The translations under genes and the position numbers were made by a program. This document shows, one piece after another, positions 48,276 to 59,068 of a stretch of DNA of 64,000 nt. Position 1 is the first letter of the stretch. Each line of letters begins with the position of its first letter. The notes beneath the pieces are model-generated. The model searched no databases. It worked only from the letters and a program-made list of their open reading frames with translations, and was not told the DNA's origin. The stretch comes from Nitrospirota bacterium (lineage in GTDB: Bacteria > Nitrospirota > Nitrospiria > Nitrospirales > NS-4), in NCBI GenBank assembly GCA_963788195.1, contig CAWBGA010000017.1, positions 816,451-880,450 of the forward strand. Reading direction: 5' to 3'.

Positions 48276-48373
48276 ACTGGCATTATCAAGTGAGCCCGGT
48301 CCGGCCTTTGAAATTGATACCTTCCCGATAAGCTCTCAACTCTTGTCCGCTGTCTTCACGGAGGAGGCCACGG

Positions 48374-48742
48374 TTGGAGACGATTCTTCTCGTCGAGGAT
48401 GACGAGGCAGTCCTCAATGTCGTTCGAAACCTCCTAAGTCTCAACCGCTATCTGGTCATCGAAGCCCACAACGGCTTTCAGGCGCTGGCGATTTGCCAGG
48501 ATTACTCGGATGTCATCCACATGATGATCACGGACATTATTATGCCGCAAATGAATGGGATCGAATTGGCGAAGCAGGCCCGGCGTCTCCGCCCTGAAAT
48601 GAAGGTGCTTTTTATGTCTGGCTATGTCCCCGAGTACTTGCAGCAGCAAGGCCTCACCGATGACATGGTGTTACTACGCAAACCGTTCGACCTCGAGGAC
48701 TTGGTTCTAAAGATGCGTGCCGTTCGAGAGACCGCCGTCTGA
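48374..48742 (+). CDS. single-domain response regulator
   Basis: ILLVEDD, TDIIMPQMNG, FMSGY, KPF; GGAGG SD. Confidence 0.9.
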   Translation: METILLVEDDEAVLNVVRNLLSLNRYLVIEAHNGFQALAICQDYSDVIHMMITDIIMPQMNGIELAKQARRLRPEMKVLFMSGYVPEYLQQQGLTDDMVLLRKPFDLEDLVLKMRAVRETAV

Positions 48743-49249
48743 CAACGTCTTTATAGTTACAAGATAGCGATCTAGAACTTCGCGTTGGAGAGAAGTAAGG
48801 TAGGGAAACTCAATACCAAGCTTTAGCAGCGTGCCGTCCGAGAGCACACGGCGAACCCGGCAGCGCATGTCCAATCTTGTCTTATAGCTATCATCGAACA
48901 AAATCGTCGCGGAAAAAAGATCATTGGCACGAATGTTTCGGAGTTGATCGGTCTTCACCAGCATCCCGACGTTTGAGAGATCTAACACCGTCCCAAACCA
49001 GTCGGCTTTTCCGGGATCCGAGGACAGCACAAGCCGGCTGATGAGGCCTACCTTTTGGCGGATGCTCTTTCTTAAATCGACACCGGCGCAAGCCTGGTGA
49101 CTCACACCAAGTTCTATATTGGACGTGAGACTCGAGCAGAGTGAAGGGGCTTGTTCTCTCATAGCGAAACTACGATAGTAGCAGACTTGCCTGTCTGATA
49201 CCAGTACAGAGCAACACGACGCCAATCGGCACCTATCCGGCCACAACAA
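48707..49249 (-). CDS. PilZ domain protein
   Basis: RKSIR, DLSNVG, LGIEF; start probably MREQ. Confidence 0.72.
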   Translation of the reverse strand: MLWPDRCRLASCCSVLVSDRQVCYYRSFAMREQAPSLCSSLTSNIELGVSHQACAGVDLRKSIRQKVGLISRLVLSSDPGKADWFGTVLDLSNVGMLVKTDQLRNIRANDLFSATILFDDSYKTRLDMRCRVRRVLSDGTLLKLGIEFPYLTSLQREVLDRYLVTIKTLSDGGLSNGTHL

Positions 49250-49532
49250 CAGAACTACCTATATATTCAACGAGTTGAGAAGCTATGGGCGCGACGCTTC
49301 GGGTTTAACATTGCCACATTTTATGTAGGGTATTTCATCCATAATAGAAAGGGTTTGTCGGCCAGGAAAACCGGCTTGAAAATATGAGTCCTTGTCGTCC
49401 AGTAATGTCATACGATGTCAGGTCTTGCCGGGGAACTTGTCCTTAATGAAATTGAACCCATCGGCGGTGATCGCCAGCGCCGCGTTAGCTTTGACCCTCC
49501 GCGGGAATCACAGTCTCGAACTGATCCTGCAA

Positions 49533-50810
49533 CTAGGGAGTCGGCGCCATGGCTGACGTCAAGGGCGCCGGCGCTATGGTAATTTCCACTCGACGGTTTT
49601 GGGCCCTGGCCGCATTGTTTTCATTGGGGATAATCGGCCTGGTATAGCTGTACCCAGCCGCTGATAGTTGTTCAGGTCTAAGGGCCAGATCCTTCTCGAG
49701 GTACTGAGCCACATTTCCCGCCCGTGCGGCCGAAAGCTCCCAATTTGAACGGAATCTCGGGGGCGGAGACTTACGAATCGGAACGTTATCGGTATGGCCT
49801 TCTACCCTGACGGCCTTATCACTATTCTCCTTCAACGAATCCGCAATCCGCTTCAGGACTTTCAAGCCGCCCGATTTGATGGAAGCTGATCCGGAGTCAA
49901 ACAGGATGCGATCCTTAAGTTCAACCGTGAATGAATCCTCGCTTCGTCGTACCGACCCACTGCCATGTTCAATTTCCTCTTTCAAGGCCTTTTCCATCGA
50001 TTGGACCGCCCTATTCAATTCTTCTTCTCGGGCAGCTTTTTGCGCCAGAGCGGCGCGCGCGTCCTCGAGCGTCTTCGCTAAGTCCTCTCTCTCCTTGTCT
50101 ACTGCAGCTTTGGCAGCGAGTTCCGCCTGCGCCATTTCAAGTTGTTTGGCGAGCTGCGCCGCGCGCTCTTCTTCAGCCGCTTTTGCACTTAGATCAACTT
50201 GCGCCCCCCGGAGTTGGCGCGCCCGGTCCGTGTCGTCCTTCCCCTGGCTCAGTCGCAGGGCAAGTTCTCCCTGGGCAGCTTTATGCTTTTCGATCTCTGC
50301 GTTTGCGGCTTCGAGTTGCCTGGCCAATATCGCGGTATCCTTCTCCTGACTGCCTCTCGCCGCGAGGGCTCGGTTCGCGGCTTCAAGCTGCGTCCTAGAG
50401 ACATCGAGCTGTCTCAGTAAATCTGCCTTCTCTACGTCAAATTCTTTGGCGAGACGAGCATTCGTATCCTCGGCAGCTGATTTGGCGGCAAGCTCCGTCC
50501 TCGCCGCATCGAGCTCACTCCGGAGTGCCGACTGGTCCTTTTGAAGTAAAGCGATGGCGTCATCGCGTTGCTTCAAGAGATCAGCTTGATCTTGCTGCCT
50601 CGACGCCACCATGCTCTGAGTCTTGGCCGGCGGATCGTCATAGATGAAACAACAGACGCCAAGCTTTTGGGACTCCCAGGGGTCTTGCGGCACCCAATGC
50701 TCTAATTTAGCTGTCGAGGACGAAGACGTGTGCTGTGGCTCTGCACAGCCGTACCCGAATAAAAGAGGCAGGACCAGCAGGAGTGGCATCTTGACCGTGA
50801 ATCGTAACAT
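49533..50810 (-). CDS. OmpA/MotB-family lipoprotein with long coiled coil
   Basis: Lipobox-like GYGC, ILFDSGSA, VEGHTDN, NWELSAARA, NRRVEI. Confidence 0.85.
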   Translation of the reverse strand: MLRFTVKMPLLLVLPLLFGYGCAEPQHTSSSSTAKLEHWVPQDPWESQKLGVCCFIYDDPPAKTQSMVASRQQDQADLLKQRDDAIALLQKDQSALRSELDAARTELAAKSAAEDTNARLAKEFDVEKADLLRQLDVSRTQLEAANRALAARGSQEKDTAILARQLEAANAEIEKHKAAQGELALRLSQGKDDTDRARQLRGAQVDLSAKAAEEERAAQLAKQLEMAQAELAAKAAVDKEREDLAKTLEDARAALAQKAAREEELNRAVQSMEKALKEEIEHGSGSVRRSEDSFTVELKDRILFDSGSASIKSGGLKVLKRIADSLKENSDKAVRVEGHTDNVPIRKSPPPRFRSNWELSAARAGNVAQYLEKDLALRPEQLSAAGYSYTRPIIPNENNAARAQNRRVEITIAPAPLTSAMAPTP

Positions 50811-50965
50811 CGGAGTTCCCCCTTAAGGCCAGGACTTCAAAAACCCTGTCTTTTTGTACTCCCCCCCTTGCGAAAGGCCAATCCTACTGAGGTAGGGTTT
50901 TGTAATGGCGGTCACATAAACCAATTTTTCTACTTTTTACTTGCTTCCCGTTCAAGCCTCTCTTC

Positions 50966-51703
50966 ATGCGTACCGATAGAAGTTATGCAAAGGCCCACCG
51001 GCACCCAATCTTCAACCACACTCAGATGGAAGCCCGAGACGATATGCCAAGGATCCTGCCGAATAACATATACTCGATGGCGCTGCTGTGCCTCCTCACT
51101 ATGCTTACGGGATGTGAAACCAATCCGAATGAAGAGCTCGCTAGAAAACACCTGAGCCAAGGAAAGCTGTTGCTTGCAAGAGGCGAGGTCGCCACTTCCA
51201 TCAATGAATTTCAGGCAGCGGTTCAGCTCACGCCCGCTTCGTCAGACGCTCATTCACACTTAGCGATGGCACTTGGGGCCAAAGGTGACATTTCGGGCGC
51301 AGTGACGGAATATCGGAAAGCTGTCAATCTTCATCCCGATAGCGAGACGCTTCAGCAGGTCGGCATTCTACTCGCGAGCAGTGGTGATCTGGAGGGCGGG
51401 ATCCTCGCGTTTCGCTCTGCGCTCGAACTGCAGCCGGCAGACGCCCGCGTTCATTACAACCTGGGAATGGCGCTAAAAGACACAGGGCACATGGACGAAG
51501 CTCTAGAAGAATTCCGACAAACGCTGCGTTATAAATCCACGGACTCTGAAGCGCGCTATCAGCTGGGGCTGACATTAAAAGACAAGGGCCTCCGCGAGGA
51601 TGCACTTCAGGAACTACAGACCGTCCTCCGTCAAACCCCCGAGAAGCCGATCAACGCGAAGTTTCTTGCACTTGTCCGCAAAAGTGTTGGATCCCTGGAA
51701 TAG
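50966..51703 (+). CDS. TPR repeat lipoprotein
   Basis: LTGC lipobox, several TPRs; start probably MPRIL or later. Confidence 0.8.
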   Translation: MRTDRSYAKAHRHPIFNHTQMEARDDMPRILPNNIYSMALLCLLTMLTGCETNPNEELARKHLSQGKLLLARGEVATSINEFQAAVQLTPASSDAHSHLAMALGAKGDISGAVTEYRKAVNLHPDSETLQQVGILLASSGDLEGGILAFRSALELQPADARVHYNLGMALKDTGHMDEALEEFRQTLRYKSTDSEARYQLGLTLKDKGLREDALQELQTVLRQTPEKPINAKFLALVRKSVGSLE

Positions 51704-51713
51704 CCGCCTGACC

Positions 51714-52016
51714 CTACTTAGGAAGCTTGGCCGCAAGCACATCGATCTTCTCGATGACAGGCGGCTGGGCGAACAAGTCGGCAGCTTTCTCCTTTAACGC
51801 CGCAGCGACTTTTCCCGCAAGATGGGCTTGCCGCCCCGCCTCATCCGGAAACGCGTCGAAGATGCCGAACGCCGAAGGCCCGAGGCGGATTGCGAACCAC
51901 GCGGTTGTGGCCGGCTCCTGTTGTACAATCGGCAGACCGTTCCGAAGAAAACTCTCGACCTCCACCTCTTTTCCAGGTTTGGCCTCCAGTCGAACCCACA
52001 ATGCGACCTTCACCAT
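51714..52016 (-). CDS. antibiotic biosynthesis monooxygenase (ABM)-like protein
   Basis: LEAKPGKE, FGIFDAFPDEAGRQAHL. Confidence 0.85.
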   Translation of the reverse strand: MVKVALWVRLEAKPGKEVEVESFLRNGLPIVQQEPATTAWFAIRLGPSAFGIFDAFPDEAGRQAHLAGKVAAALKEKAADLFAQPPVIEKIDVLAAKLPK

Positions 52017-52326
52017 CTCATCTCTCCTTTGCGATCTAGGACGTATTCTATCTCGCCGCAGTCATAAAGCATACATCAAGATCAGCGCATCGCCTTGGAG
52101 CACACGTAGCGGGGTATTGGATAACCTCACCTGCATCAGAGTTGTCCGGCCATGCGATGCGGCAACCAAGGCGCCGTTTCATGGCACGGCGACTGGGCGA
52201 GGGGATTACCATGACTGTCCAGGCTCTTATGACTGCAGGCATTCTCTAGCGGACAGGGGTATGCGCTATTCACCCACCGCCCCGGACGGCGCCTTTTTCC
52301 GCTGGCCGGGGCAGTTCATGCTAGAA

Positions 52327-53088
52327 TTACCGAGAAGCCTTCTCCTCGGCTTTGGCTTTCTCTTTCGCAGCCTTCGCCTCAGCCTTAGCTTTCTTCTTGG
52401 CGGCCTTCTCTTCGGCTTTGGCTTTTTTCTTCTCAGCTTTCGCCTCAGCCTTGGCGGTTGCGTCCGTCTTGTCTCCCTCCACCTTCGTGGCCTCTACCTT
52501 CGCCTCGGCCTTAGCTTTCTTCTTGGCGGCTTTCTCTTCGGCTTTGGCTTTTTTCTTCTCAGCTTTCGCCTCAGCCTTGGCGGTTGCGTCCGTCTCGTCT
52601 CCCTCCGCCTTCGTGGCCTCTACCTTCGCTTCGGCCTTAGCTTTCTTCTTGGCGGCTTTCTCTTCGGCTTTGGCTTTTTTCTTCTCAGCTTTCGCCTCAG
52701 CCTCGGCGGTTGCGTCCGTCTTATCTCTCTCCGCCTTCGTGGTCTCTACCTTCTGCTCAGCGTCGGCCTTTTCCTTCTCCGCCCTCTTCTCCGCCCGCGC
52801 CTTCCGCACGTCCGCCTTCTCTGTGGCAGCCCGTTCTTTTGCTTTCTGTTCAGCGTCGATCGCGCGGTCTGTTGATTCCAGCGCGCGTCCCTTCGCGCCC
52901 TTTTCCATCTCCTCCTTAGAAGCAAAGACGGTCCCCTGATGGGGCCCCTGGTGGCATTCATACATACCCGTTGTATTATTCTGATGGCAGCCGGCTGCAT
53001 CGAGCCCGCCGGAATGCGCCCCCACGACCAGTGGGAGTCCGATCAAACCGCAGGTGACCGCGACACCGAGTAACGTCTTCTTGCGCAT
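52327..53088 (-). CDS. exported YHYH-like domain protein with Lys/Ala/Glu-rich repeats
   Basis: HSGGLDAAGCH...YECH, then three 42 aa repeats. Confidence 0.75.
   Translation of the reverse strand: MRKKTLLGVAVTCGLIGLPLVVGAHSGGLDAAGCHQNNTTGMYECHQGPHQGTVFASKEEMEKGAKGRALESTDRAIDAEQKAKERAATEKADVRKARAEKRAEKEKADAEQKVETTKAERDKTDATAEAEAKAEKKKAKAEEKAAKKKAKAEAKVEATKAEGDETDATAKAEAKAEKKKAKAEEKAAKKKAKAEAKVEATKVEGDKTDATAKAEAKAEKKKAKAEEKAAKKKAKAEAKAAKEKAKAEEKASR
52372..52752 (-). repeat. 126 bp coding tandem repeat, three copies
   Basis: CCTTAGCTTTC recurs at 52383, 52509 and 52635. Confidence 0.9.
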
Positions 53089-53294
53089 GATAGCCTCCTT
53101 TACTGTTAACTCAAGCAGCTCTGCATAGGGGCACAGGCTCAGCGGTCATAAGCCGCAGCGGGGCTGGATTGTCCCCGATTTTATACAAAATATCTAGGGC
53201 AAAATTTACGAGAGGAGCCCTGAGAATCCACTAAAACAGCAGAAAAACGTGCACCTTTATTGCTCTCATCATTCCGGATACAATCCCTTCACCG

Positions 53295-53516
53295 ATGGAG
53301 GATTACAAACAAACACGAAACTATATTCTGAAGGTGACTGAGTCGGCAGGCTTGACTGTCGAGAGTACGCTTCGAGATTTAATGGATCGTCTCTCTCCTG
53401 AAGATTGGTCCACCGTTGAGCAACGCGTGACTGTTTCCAACTTCAACGAAGAGACAACCATCCTTGAACTTCTCGCAGCCATCCAAAGCGCCGATGCTTC
53501 TCCCGAAGATGATTAA
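53295..53516 (+). CDS. small acidic hypothetical protein
   Basis: 73 aa ORF with ATG start. Confidence 0.45.
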   Translation: MEDYKQTRNYILKVTESAGLTVESTLRDLMDRLSPEDWSTVEQRVTVSNFNEETTILELLAAIQSADASPEDD

Positions 53517-53521
53517 CTCAA

Positions 53522-53884
53522 TTGGCTAGGCATACCGCCGCCGATGATCTCGGGTCTATCGGGCGACATGGAAATGCGCGTGCAACACTTGCATTCGACA
53601 TGTTTGTGCATCGTCTGAGCTCATCAATCAGTGCGATGATCGCAGTGCTGGGCGGCGTCGACGCACTCGTCTTTACCGCCGGCATCGGTGAAAGATCAGG
53701 CGAGGTCCGCGCCGCTGCATGCGAGACTCTCGCCCTCGAAGGAGTACACTGCGATGCAGGGAAAAACGCGCAATCTCCCATCGATCAAGACATTGCGCCC
53801 GCCAATGCACCAGTGCGCGTTCTAGTGATCCGTGCCCAGGAAGAGTGGGCCATCGCGCGCGCGTGTTTTCGCCTCGCGCGGTAA
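53522..53884 (+). pseudogene. ackA: acetate kinase C-terminal fragment
   Basis: LGGVDALVFTAGIGE and VLVIRAQEEWAIAR; N-terminal two thirds absent. Confidence 0.8.
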
Positions 53885-54555
53885 TCCAAAGGTCCTGACA
53901 CAAAACATCCGTAGTCCACAAGTGCCTGTTGGATTTTACGAGTTGAGCCACCAACCTTCAAAGTTGTTGCCGACGTCTTCCTCCCTCGATTCCCATAGGG
54001 ACAAGGAAGGAAATTCCTGCGTCAGACGATTCTTCCTCCTTGAGACATTTGCCCCAGTCAGTCGTGGCGATCTGCGGCATTGGTTGTTATCATCATGCTT
54101 CACCCCATGCTTCATGTGCTGCACTCCTTCAAAGCTTGTTCTCAATAATCCAAGACGGCTAGCCGAGCATGAGCATACACGTGAAGGATTGCCCCGCTAT
54201 CATGGTCTTATTACGCAGGCGTAAATTCTCAGCGTGCTTCACTTCGATTACCCTCATTAATTGTGGTGGTGCCGAAATGAGCACTACGAGTAGTGGATAG
54301 GCCGAGTTGGAGAGCGTGTTCCTGTTAGCGCAGTGGCTAATGTACTCCCCCGAACCACACTGCAGTTCCCGCCATAGTCACCAGTTGAGCGTAGCCCCCC
54401 CAAAAATCACCAGGTTTTTGTCAAGCTCAACGGACGCCGATCAACCGAGGAAGCTTAAATGAATCCGTGACTAGATCCGTGACCAGCGAGAAATGCCTGA
54501 AGTCGTCGCGGAACAAGCATCAGCGGAAGTGGATGAATCAGGAAGGAAAAGCGTG

Positions 54556-54629
54556 TGGCTGGGGGAGAAGGGATCGAACCTTCGTAATCACATCCAAAGT
54601 GTGATGTCCTACCACTAGACGATCCCCCA
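54556..54629 (-). tRNA. tRNA-Gln (TTG)
   Basis: 74 nt TGGGGGATCGTCTAGTGGTAGGACA-TCACA-CTTTGGA-TGTGA-TTACGAAGGTTCGATCCCTTCTCCCCCAGCCA. Confidence 0.95.
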
Positions 54630-54905
54630 ACCTCAGTAAGAAATCATTGTGTTCTGAGTTTGCACCATTCCGGGTATGACTGGCAAGGATTAGGGCTGCT
54701 TGCCTCGTCCCAGTTACAATTCAATCACTAATCGCTAAAGTTGTCTACCCCGTGCGCAAAGAAACGAGAAATCTCCAGTTACCCCTCCGGCTCTCTGAGA
54801 TCACGCAGGGATGGAAAGTGCCGCCTCGGATCGCTCTGCGAGACAGCCGATAAGAAAGAGGGGCACGGCGGCATTTCTAGAGAAGCGGCCGCCCAAATTC
54901 GCGGA

Positions 54906-55841
54906 CTAGGGTTTCTTTTTTCGCCCGGCAAGCACTCTCCCCAGAATCCGGTAAATCAGTCGTGCGACCGTGAACTGTGGGGCCGCAAACCCGGGGATTG
55001 GAGCGATCTCACTCACGTCCATCCCTACAATTCCCGGTCCGTTGGCCAGTGCGGTCGCGAGCGCCATCACGTCATACCATCCGAGCCCTCCCGGCTCTGG
55101 AGTACCGAGCGCGGGCATTAACGTCGCATCCAATCCGTCGCAATCGAATGTAAGATAGACCGGACCGGAGCAGGCCTTCACGACCTCCGGCACCCAGGCT
55201 GCGGCTCGGCCCTGATACCGCCCCGATGGATCCAGGATATGGTAAGCAAAGAATGTGGAGATTCGCTCCGTGCGCTGAATCAGATCGACTTCCTCAGGCG
55301 AGATCGATCGAATGCCCACCTGGACCAGAGGAAGCCCGTCCTCAACAACCCTCGCCATCACGCTGGCATGGCTATACGGATTACCGCCGTAGGCGTCACG
55401 CAAATCGCCGTGAGCGTCAACCTGAACCACGCACATGTCGGAATGGCGCCTGGCATGCGCCCGGATCGCGCCGAGCGCGCCCGTGTGTTCACCCGTCAAA
55501 GTGAGAATGAAATGACCCGACTCCCCGTACGACCTAACTGCCGCCTCGATCGTATCGACCGCCTCGCGATCGACCTTCCCATCGAGTTCGAGAGGCGCAG
55601 CCGTGGCAATTCCTCCCCAGTCCCGATAAGTCTCCCTGCCCAACGTCTCATCGTACAGCTCCACCTGACGGGAGGCTTCGAGAATTGCCGCCGGTCCTTC
55701 AAGAGATCCAGTGCCATAGCTCGAGGTATGTTCGTAGGGTGCCGGTACGACAGTTACGCCAGCCCGATCGGGATGACACCAAGGCTCCTCGAGCCCAAGA
55801 AAGTTTCCGTCCTCGTTGAGCCAGCCAGGCGGCAACGCCAT
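54906..55841 (-). CDS. speB: agmatinase
   Basis: GEH, DAHGD, SHAS, DCDGLD, GTPEPGG. Confidence 0.9.
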   Translation of the reverse strand: MALPPGWLNEDGNFLGLEEPWCHPDRAGVTVVPAPYEHTSSYGTGSLEGPAAILEASRQVELYDETLGRETYRDWGGIATAAPLELDGKVDREAVDTIEAAVRSYGESGHFILTLTGEHTGALGAIRAHARRHSDMCVVQVDAHGDLRDAYGGNPYSHASVMARVVEDGLPLVQVGIRSISPEEVDLIQRTERISTFFAYHILDPSGRYQGRAAAWVPEVVKACSGPVYLTFDCDGLDATLMPALGTPEPGGLGWYDVMALATALANGPGIVGMDVSEIAPIPGFAAPQFTVARLIYRILGRVLAGRKKKP

Positions 55842-55850
55842 GGTCGCCAG

Positions 55851-56435
55851 CTACACCTTCCTGCGAGGGTGAGGTGAGCGCGGGGGCAGATTCTCAGGCG
55901 GGATAAACACTCCCAAGGCCACCACAGTGGTCCACAGATTGGGCTTGCCGATGGCCGATTGCGTTATGTGTTGAGTCCGCACAATCTTGCCACCCATCTT
56001 GAACACCTGTTCACGCTCTTTCCATGCGATGTTCGGGTCGAATTCGATGCCGAGAGTGGTCGCCAGCATTTGGGCGGCTAGATCTTCCGTGTAGTCTCCG
56101 GACTCTTCGTCCGTCTCCCCATGCGCGTGATGCTCCGAGAGGTATCCATACGTGCGACGATCAGTCGGAATCGCCACGCCGACCGAAGCCGAAACCAAGC
56201 GATTCCGCTCGTTGGTTTCGGAGCGAGCCATCACACAAAAGGTGATCTCCCCAGGGTGTAACAACTGCTCGCCGCGCTTTCGCGGAACGATTCGGCAGTT
56301 CGGCGGCAGGATGGACGAGACGCTGACCAGATTGCAATATGCGACGCCGGCCCTCCGGAGCGCCTCTTCAAACGACGCAAGCTTCTCGCGGTGGACCCCA
56401 ACGCCGCGGGTGAAGAACATATGTGTCGGCACCAT
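55851..56435 (-). CDS. pdaD: pyruvoyl-dependent arginine decarboxylase
   Basis: [20 protein letters not shown] self-cleavage site, GYLSEH; start MVPTH. Confidence 0.9.
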   Translation of the reverse strand: MVPTHMFFTRGVGVHREKLASFEEALRRAGVAYCNLVSVSSILPPNCRIVPRKRGEQLLHPGEITFCVMARSETNERNRLVSASVGVAIPTDRRTYGYLSEHHAHGETDEESGDYTEDLAAQMLATTLGIEFDPNIAWKEREQVFKMGGKIVRTQHITQSAIGKPNLWTTVVALGVFIPPENLPPRSPHPRRKV

Positions 56436-56446
56436 AGTCTTCGGTC

Positions 56447-57547
56447 CTACCTTTTCTTGGCTTTCATGCGATCCAGGAGGCCCATCATCAACAAGGGCCA
56501 CACTATCGTGGCGTCACTCAACACTTCCGCAAATCGGCCTCCGTCTGCTGCCGGCACGAATTTTCCCCATGAGACGCCCTCCGAGTATGTGCAGCCGCTC
56601 AAGCCACCCCAATAATCCGGCTCAGGGCATACCCGCACACCATAGTGGAACCGTGGCGGCGGAACATTCAGCCCCAGGCGAACATTGCTGATCTCCACAT
56701 ACGGCGGCGTTTGCTGCGCCCAATTCCGCGGTACGCCGCCGCCGATGGTAAAGATGCCGAGACGCTTCGCGGAAAGTAATCGCTGGGCGTAACTGTTGAG
56801 GTCCAGGTAGGGATTAAAGGAAGGTATGGCCTGAAACAGGTCACGGAGAACAGGGACGTCGTCCTTGGATCCCTTCACGGATACCCTCGAGGCGTCGAGA
56901 TGCCGCCGCATGGCGCCAATCGCGACATCAAGCCCAAGCTCGGAATCCGTGAAAGCGGGGATGTACACCGGGACACCTTTGAGAAAGGCGCTCTTTAAAA
57001 TACCCGGCGCTTCATACCCTTCCGCTAAGGTGCGGCCTAACTCTCGCGTCAGGATCTCGGACGAAAGCTGCTGCTCGGTGCCGATGCGTTCCAGCGTGTG
57101 ACTGACGACCGTTTCGACGTAATTGAGGTTGGCCTCCATCTCAAGGGTGTCATAGACTCGATTGTAGCCTTTCTGGAAAAGCTCCTCATCATCCATTCCC
57201 GGATTGACCTTGTAGTGAGTCTTGCCCACCGCCTCGGTCAACCCATGCGCGATCAGCGCGCCCGTGGCGACAATCGCCTGCACCATGCCGTGATCGATCA
57301 TGGCGCCGATGATCTTTCCCATCTTGGCGATGGTCATCGCGCCGGAGATCGTCATCACAACATAACAGTCGGGGTCCTCTACCATGGTGGTCAGCACGTC
57401 GAAGGCCTCCCCCAACCGCCGACCGCCGAAGGCTGTTTTCCGCATCGCCTTCAAGAGGGCTTCGAAAGAGTCGACCTTGTCGGGGTCCAAGGCCTCCAAG
57501 GCCTCGAGTCCGTCCGCCGCCCCGTCGTGAAATTCCCGCCACTCCAT
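56447..57547 (-). CDS. deoxyhypusine synthase-like protein (probable homospermidine synthase)
   Basis: [42 protein letters not shown]. Confidence 0.88.
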   Translation of the reverse strand: MEWREFHDGAADGLEALEALDPDKVDSFEALLKAMRKTAFGGRRLGEAFDVLTTMVEDPDCYVVMTISGAMTIAKMGKIIGAMIDHGMVQAIVATGALIAHGLTEAVGKTHYKVNPGMDDEELFQKGYNRVYDTLEMEANLNYVETVVSHTLERIGTEQQLSSEILTRELGRTLAEGYEAPGILKSAFLKGVPVYIPAFTDSELGLDVAIGAMRRHLDASRVSVKGSKDDVPVLRDLFQAIPSFNPYLDLNSYAQRLLSAKRLGIFTIGGGVPRNWAQQTPPYVEISNVRLGLNVPPPRFHYGVRVCPEPDYWGGLSGCTYSEGVSWGKFVPAADGGRFAEVLSDATIVWPLLMMGLLDRMKAKKR

Positions 57548-57655
57548 AGAAGAGAAACCCTCAAGTAGGCATATGCCTTCTTCTTATATCACAGGCTTCA
57601 AGATACACAAGAGGTTTCCATGAGAGAGCGCGGAGAAGAAACAGGCGAGGGATCT

Positions 57656-57913
57656 TTATTTATGCTTTCGGCGTGTCAATTTGAGTCGTTGCGCGACGGC
57701 ATCTGGAGGTGGGCACTTCCCTTTGTGCGTTACGTCGCAATCGGAACAGACGGGGCGCTCGCATGAGATGCACCAGGCATTGCTCATCTCGAGACAATGA
57801 CAGCACGGGACAGGCCAGTGCCAAAACTTATATCTCTGTCCGCTCAGCACTTTCATGCTAGGAACCGGCGCCATCGGAGAATGTTTACGCGGTCGCGTAG
57901 CGCGGCTCGGCAC
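57656..57913 (-). CDS. small Cys-rich (zinc finger-like) protein
   Basis: CCHC...CISC...CSDC...H...C; start uncertain. Confidence 0.5.
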   Translation of the reverse strand: MPSRATRPRKHSPMAPVPSMKVLSGQRYKFWHWPVPCCHCLEMSNAWCISCERPVCSDCDVTHKGKCPPPDAVAQRLKLTRRKHK

Positions 57914-58076
57914 GGTTATTTACAACCGGAGGGTTCGTGCGATTCTGGATAATGAGATCGTCGGTCACGGCGCCGCAGTTCATGCATCGCCAGCCTTCAA
58001 AATTAAACTCTCGTCCCCGCACCTCGTCGCGAACCAACAGGCCTTGGCATCTTGTGCAAGAATCCATAACGTTCAC
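57885..58076 (-). CDS. small zinc-ribbon protein
   Basis: CTRCQG...WRCMNCG; GGAG SD region. Confidence 0.65.
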   Translation of the reverse strand: MNVMDSCTRCQGLLVRDEVRGREFNFEGWRCMNCGAVTDDLIIQNRTNPPVVNNRAEPRYATA

Positions 58077-58258
58077 CTCCGTTTAGGAATGCTGGATGGA
58101 TGCAGGGATGAAGTATGGACATATGCTAATACCTAATAAATAGACCTTTAGTACAATTTTTCATCGGAGGGTGTACGTGAAATGAAATCCAACGGTGGTC
58201 GGGACGCGGGCGTGTAAGCCGGCGAAAAGCCTTCGGGTTTACGTCGCGGGCGGAACAG

Positions 58259-59068
58259 TCAATTGATCTGTAGGGTCAAGCATTTTGCGGAGCCCCCGGC
58301 CTTTAAAAACTCTGACAGGTTCACGGCCTGGGGCCTATAGCCACATTCCTGGAGCATTGTCATGGTCCGTGGGCAGCCTTCCGGGAGGACCACATGTTTT
58401 CCAATAGATACCGCATTGCACGCAAATCGCAAGGCTTCTTCTTCCATCACCGCAATGCGTCGCGATGCCCCGACATGGTCACCGATGGTGGCTTGTCCAT
58501 ACTGGTCAAACGCAGCTGGAAACCAGAGTAACTCGCCGCCGGACAACGGACAAAAACACGTATCAAGATGATAGAAGCGGGAATCGACCAGCTCGAGCGG
58601 CAGGATTTCGCACTTCAGGAGGCGCGACACGTGTTCGTAGGCACGAATGTCTGTACGCTGACGATATCCACCGAATCTGACATCACCAACCTCCAGGAGA
58701 TCGCCGGCGCCCTCGAAATACAGTCCCTCCGGAAGCCGTTGAACACTGTACCCATGCCCGACAAACCAACGTTCATAATAAGCTTCTTCGAGGCGGCGTT
58801 GGGGATGGCGAAAGCGGCTCAGGACCGCGGTGCTACCTGCGACCGCCGCCGCATTGGCGGTAAAGACCAAATCAGGGACCTCCTCCGCGGGGTCTAGTCG
58901 TTCAAGGACCGCACCGCACTCCTTTACGAGGACAGCCATCAAATTGTCCCATTGAACGCCTGCCACGAGCGGATCTGCCGCCACCTCCAGATGCATCCAG
59001 GAGTTGATCTCATAGGCGATCCGGTAATACTTGGGCGGACACACGAGGAGCCGAGTCATTTTTGCCAC
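58259..59068 (-). CDS. amidinotransferase-superfamily enzyme (ArgZ N-terminal-like arginine dihydrolase)
   Basis: DLVFTAN, FEGAGD, FYHLDTCFCPL, GGSAKCLT. Confidence 0.85.
   Translation of the reverse strand: MAKMTRLLVCPPKYYRIAYEINSWMHLEVAADPLVAGVQWDNLMAVLVKECGAVLERLDPAEEVPDLVFTANAAAVAGSTAVLSRFRHPQRRLEEAYYERWFVGHGYSVQRLPEGLYFEGAGDLLEVGDVRFGGYRQRTDIRAYEHVSRLLKCEILPLELVDSRFYHLDTCFCPLSGGELLWFPAAFDQYGQATIGDHVGASRRIAVMEEEALRFACNAVSIGKHVVLPEGCPRTMTMLQECGYRPQAVNLSEFLKAGGSAKCLTLQIN

Noticed and set aside
50820..50965. Riboswitch in the divergent gap between the OmpA/MotB and TPR genes
   Set aside because: Only a short hairpin; no recognisable aptamer consensus.
51727..52939. Long plus-strand ORFs (382 aa and 195 aa)
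   Set aside because: Antisense shadows of the low-complexity Lys/Ala repeat gene and the ABM gene.
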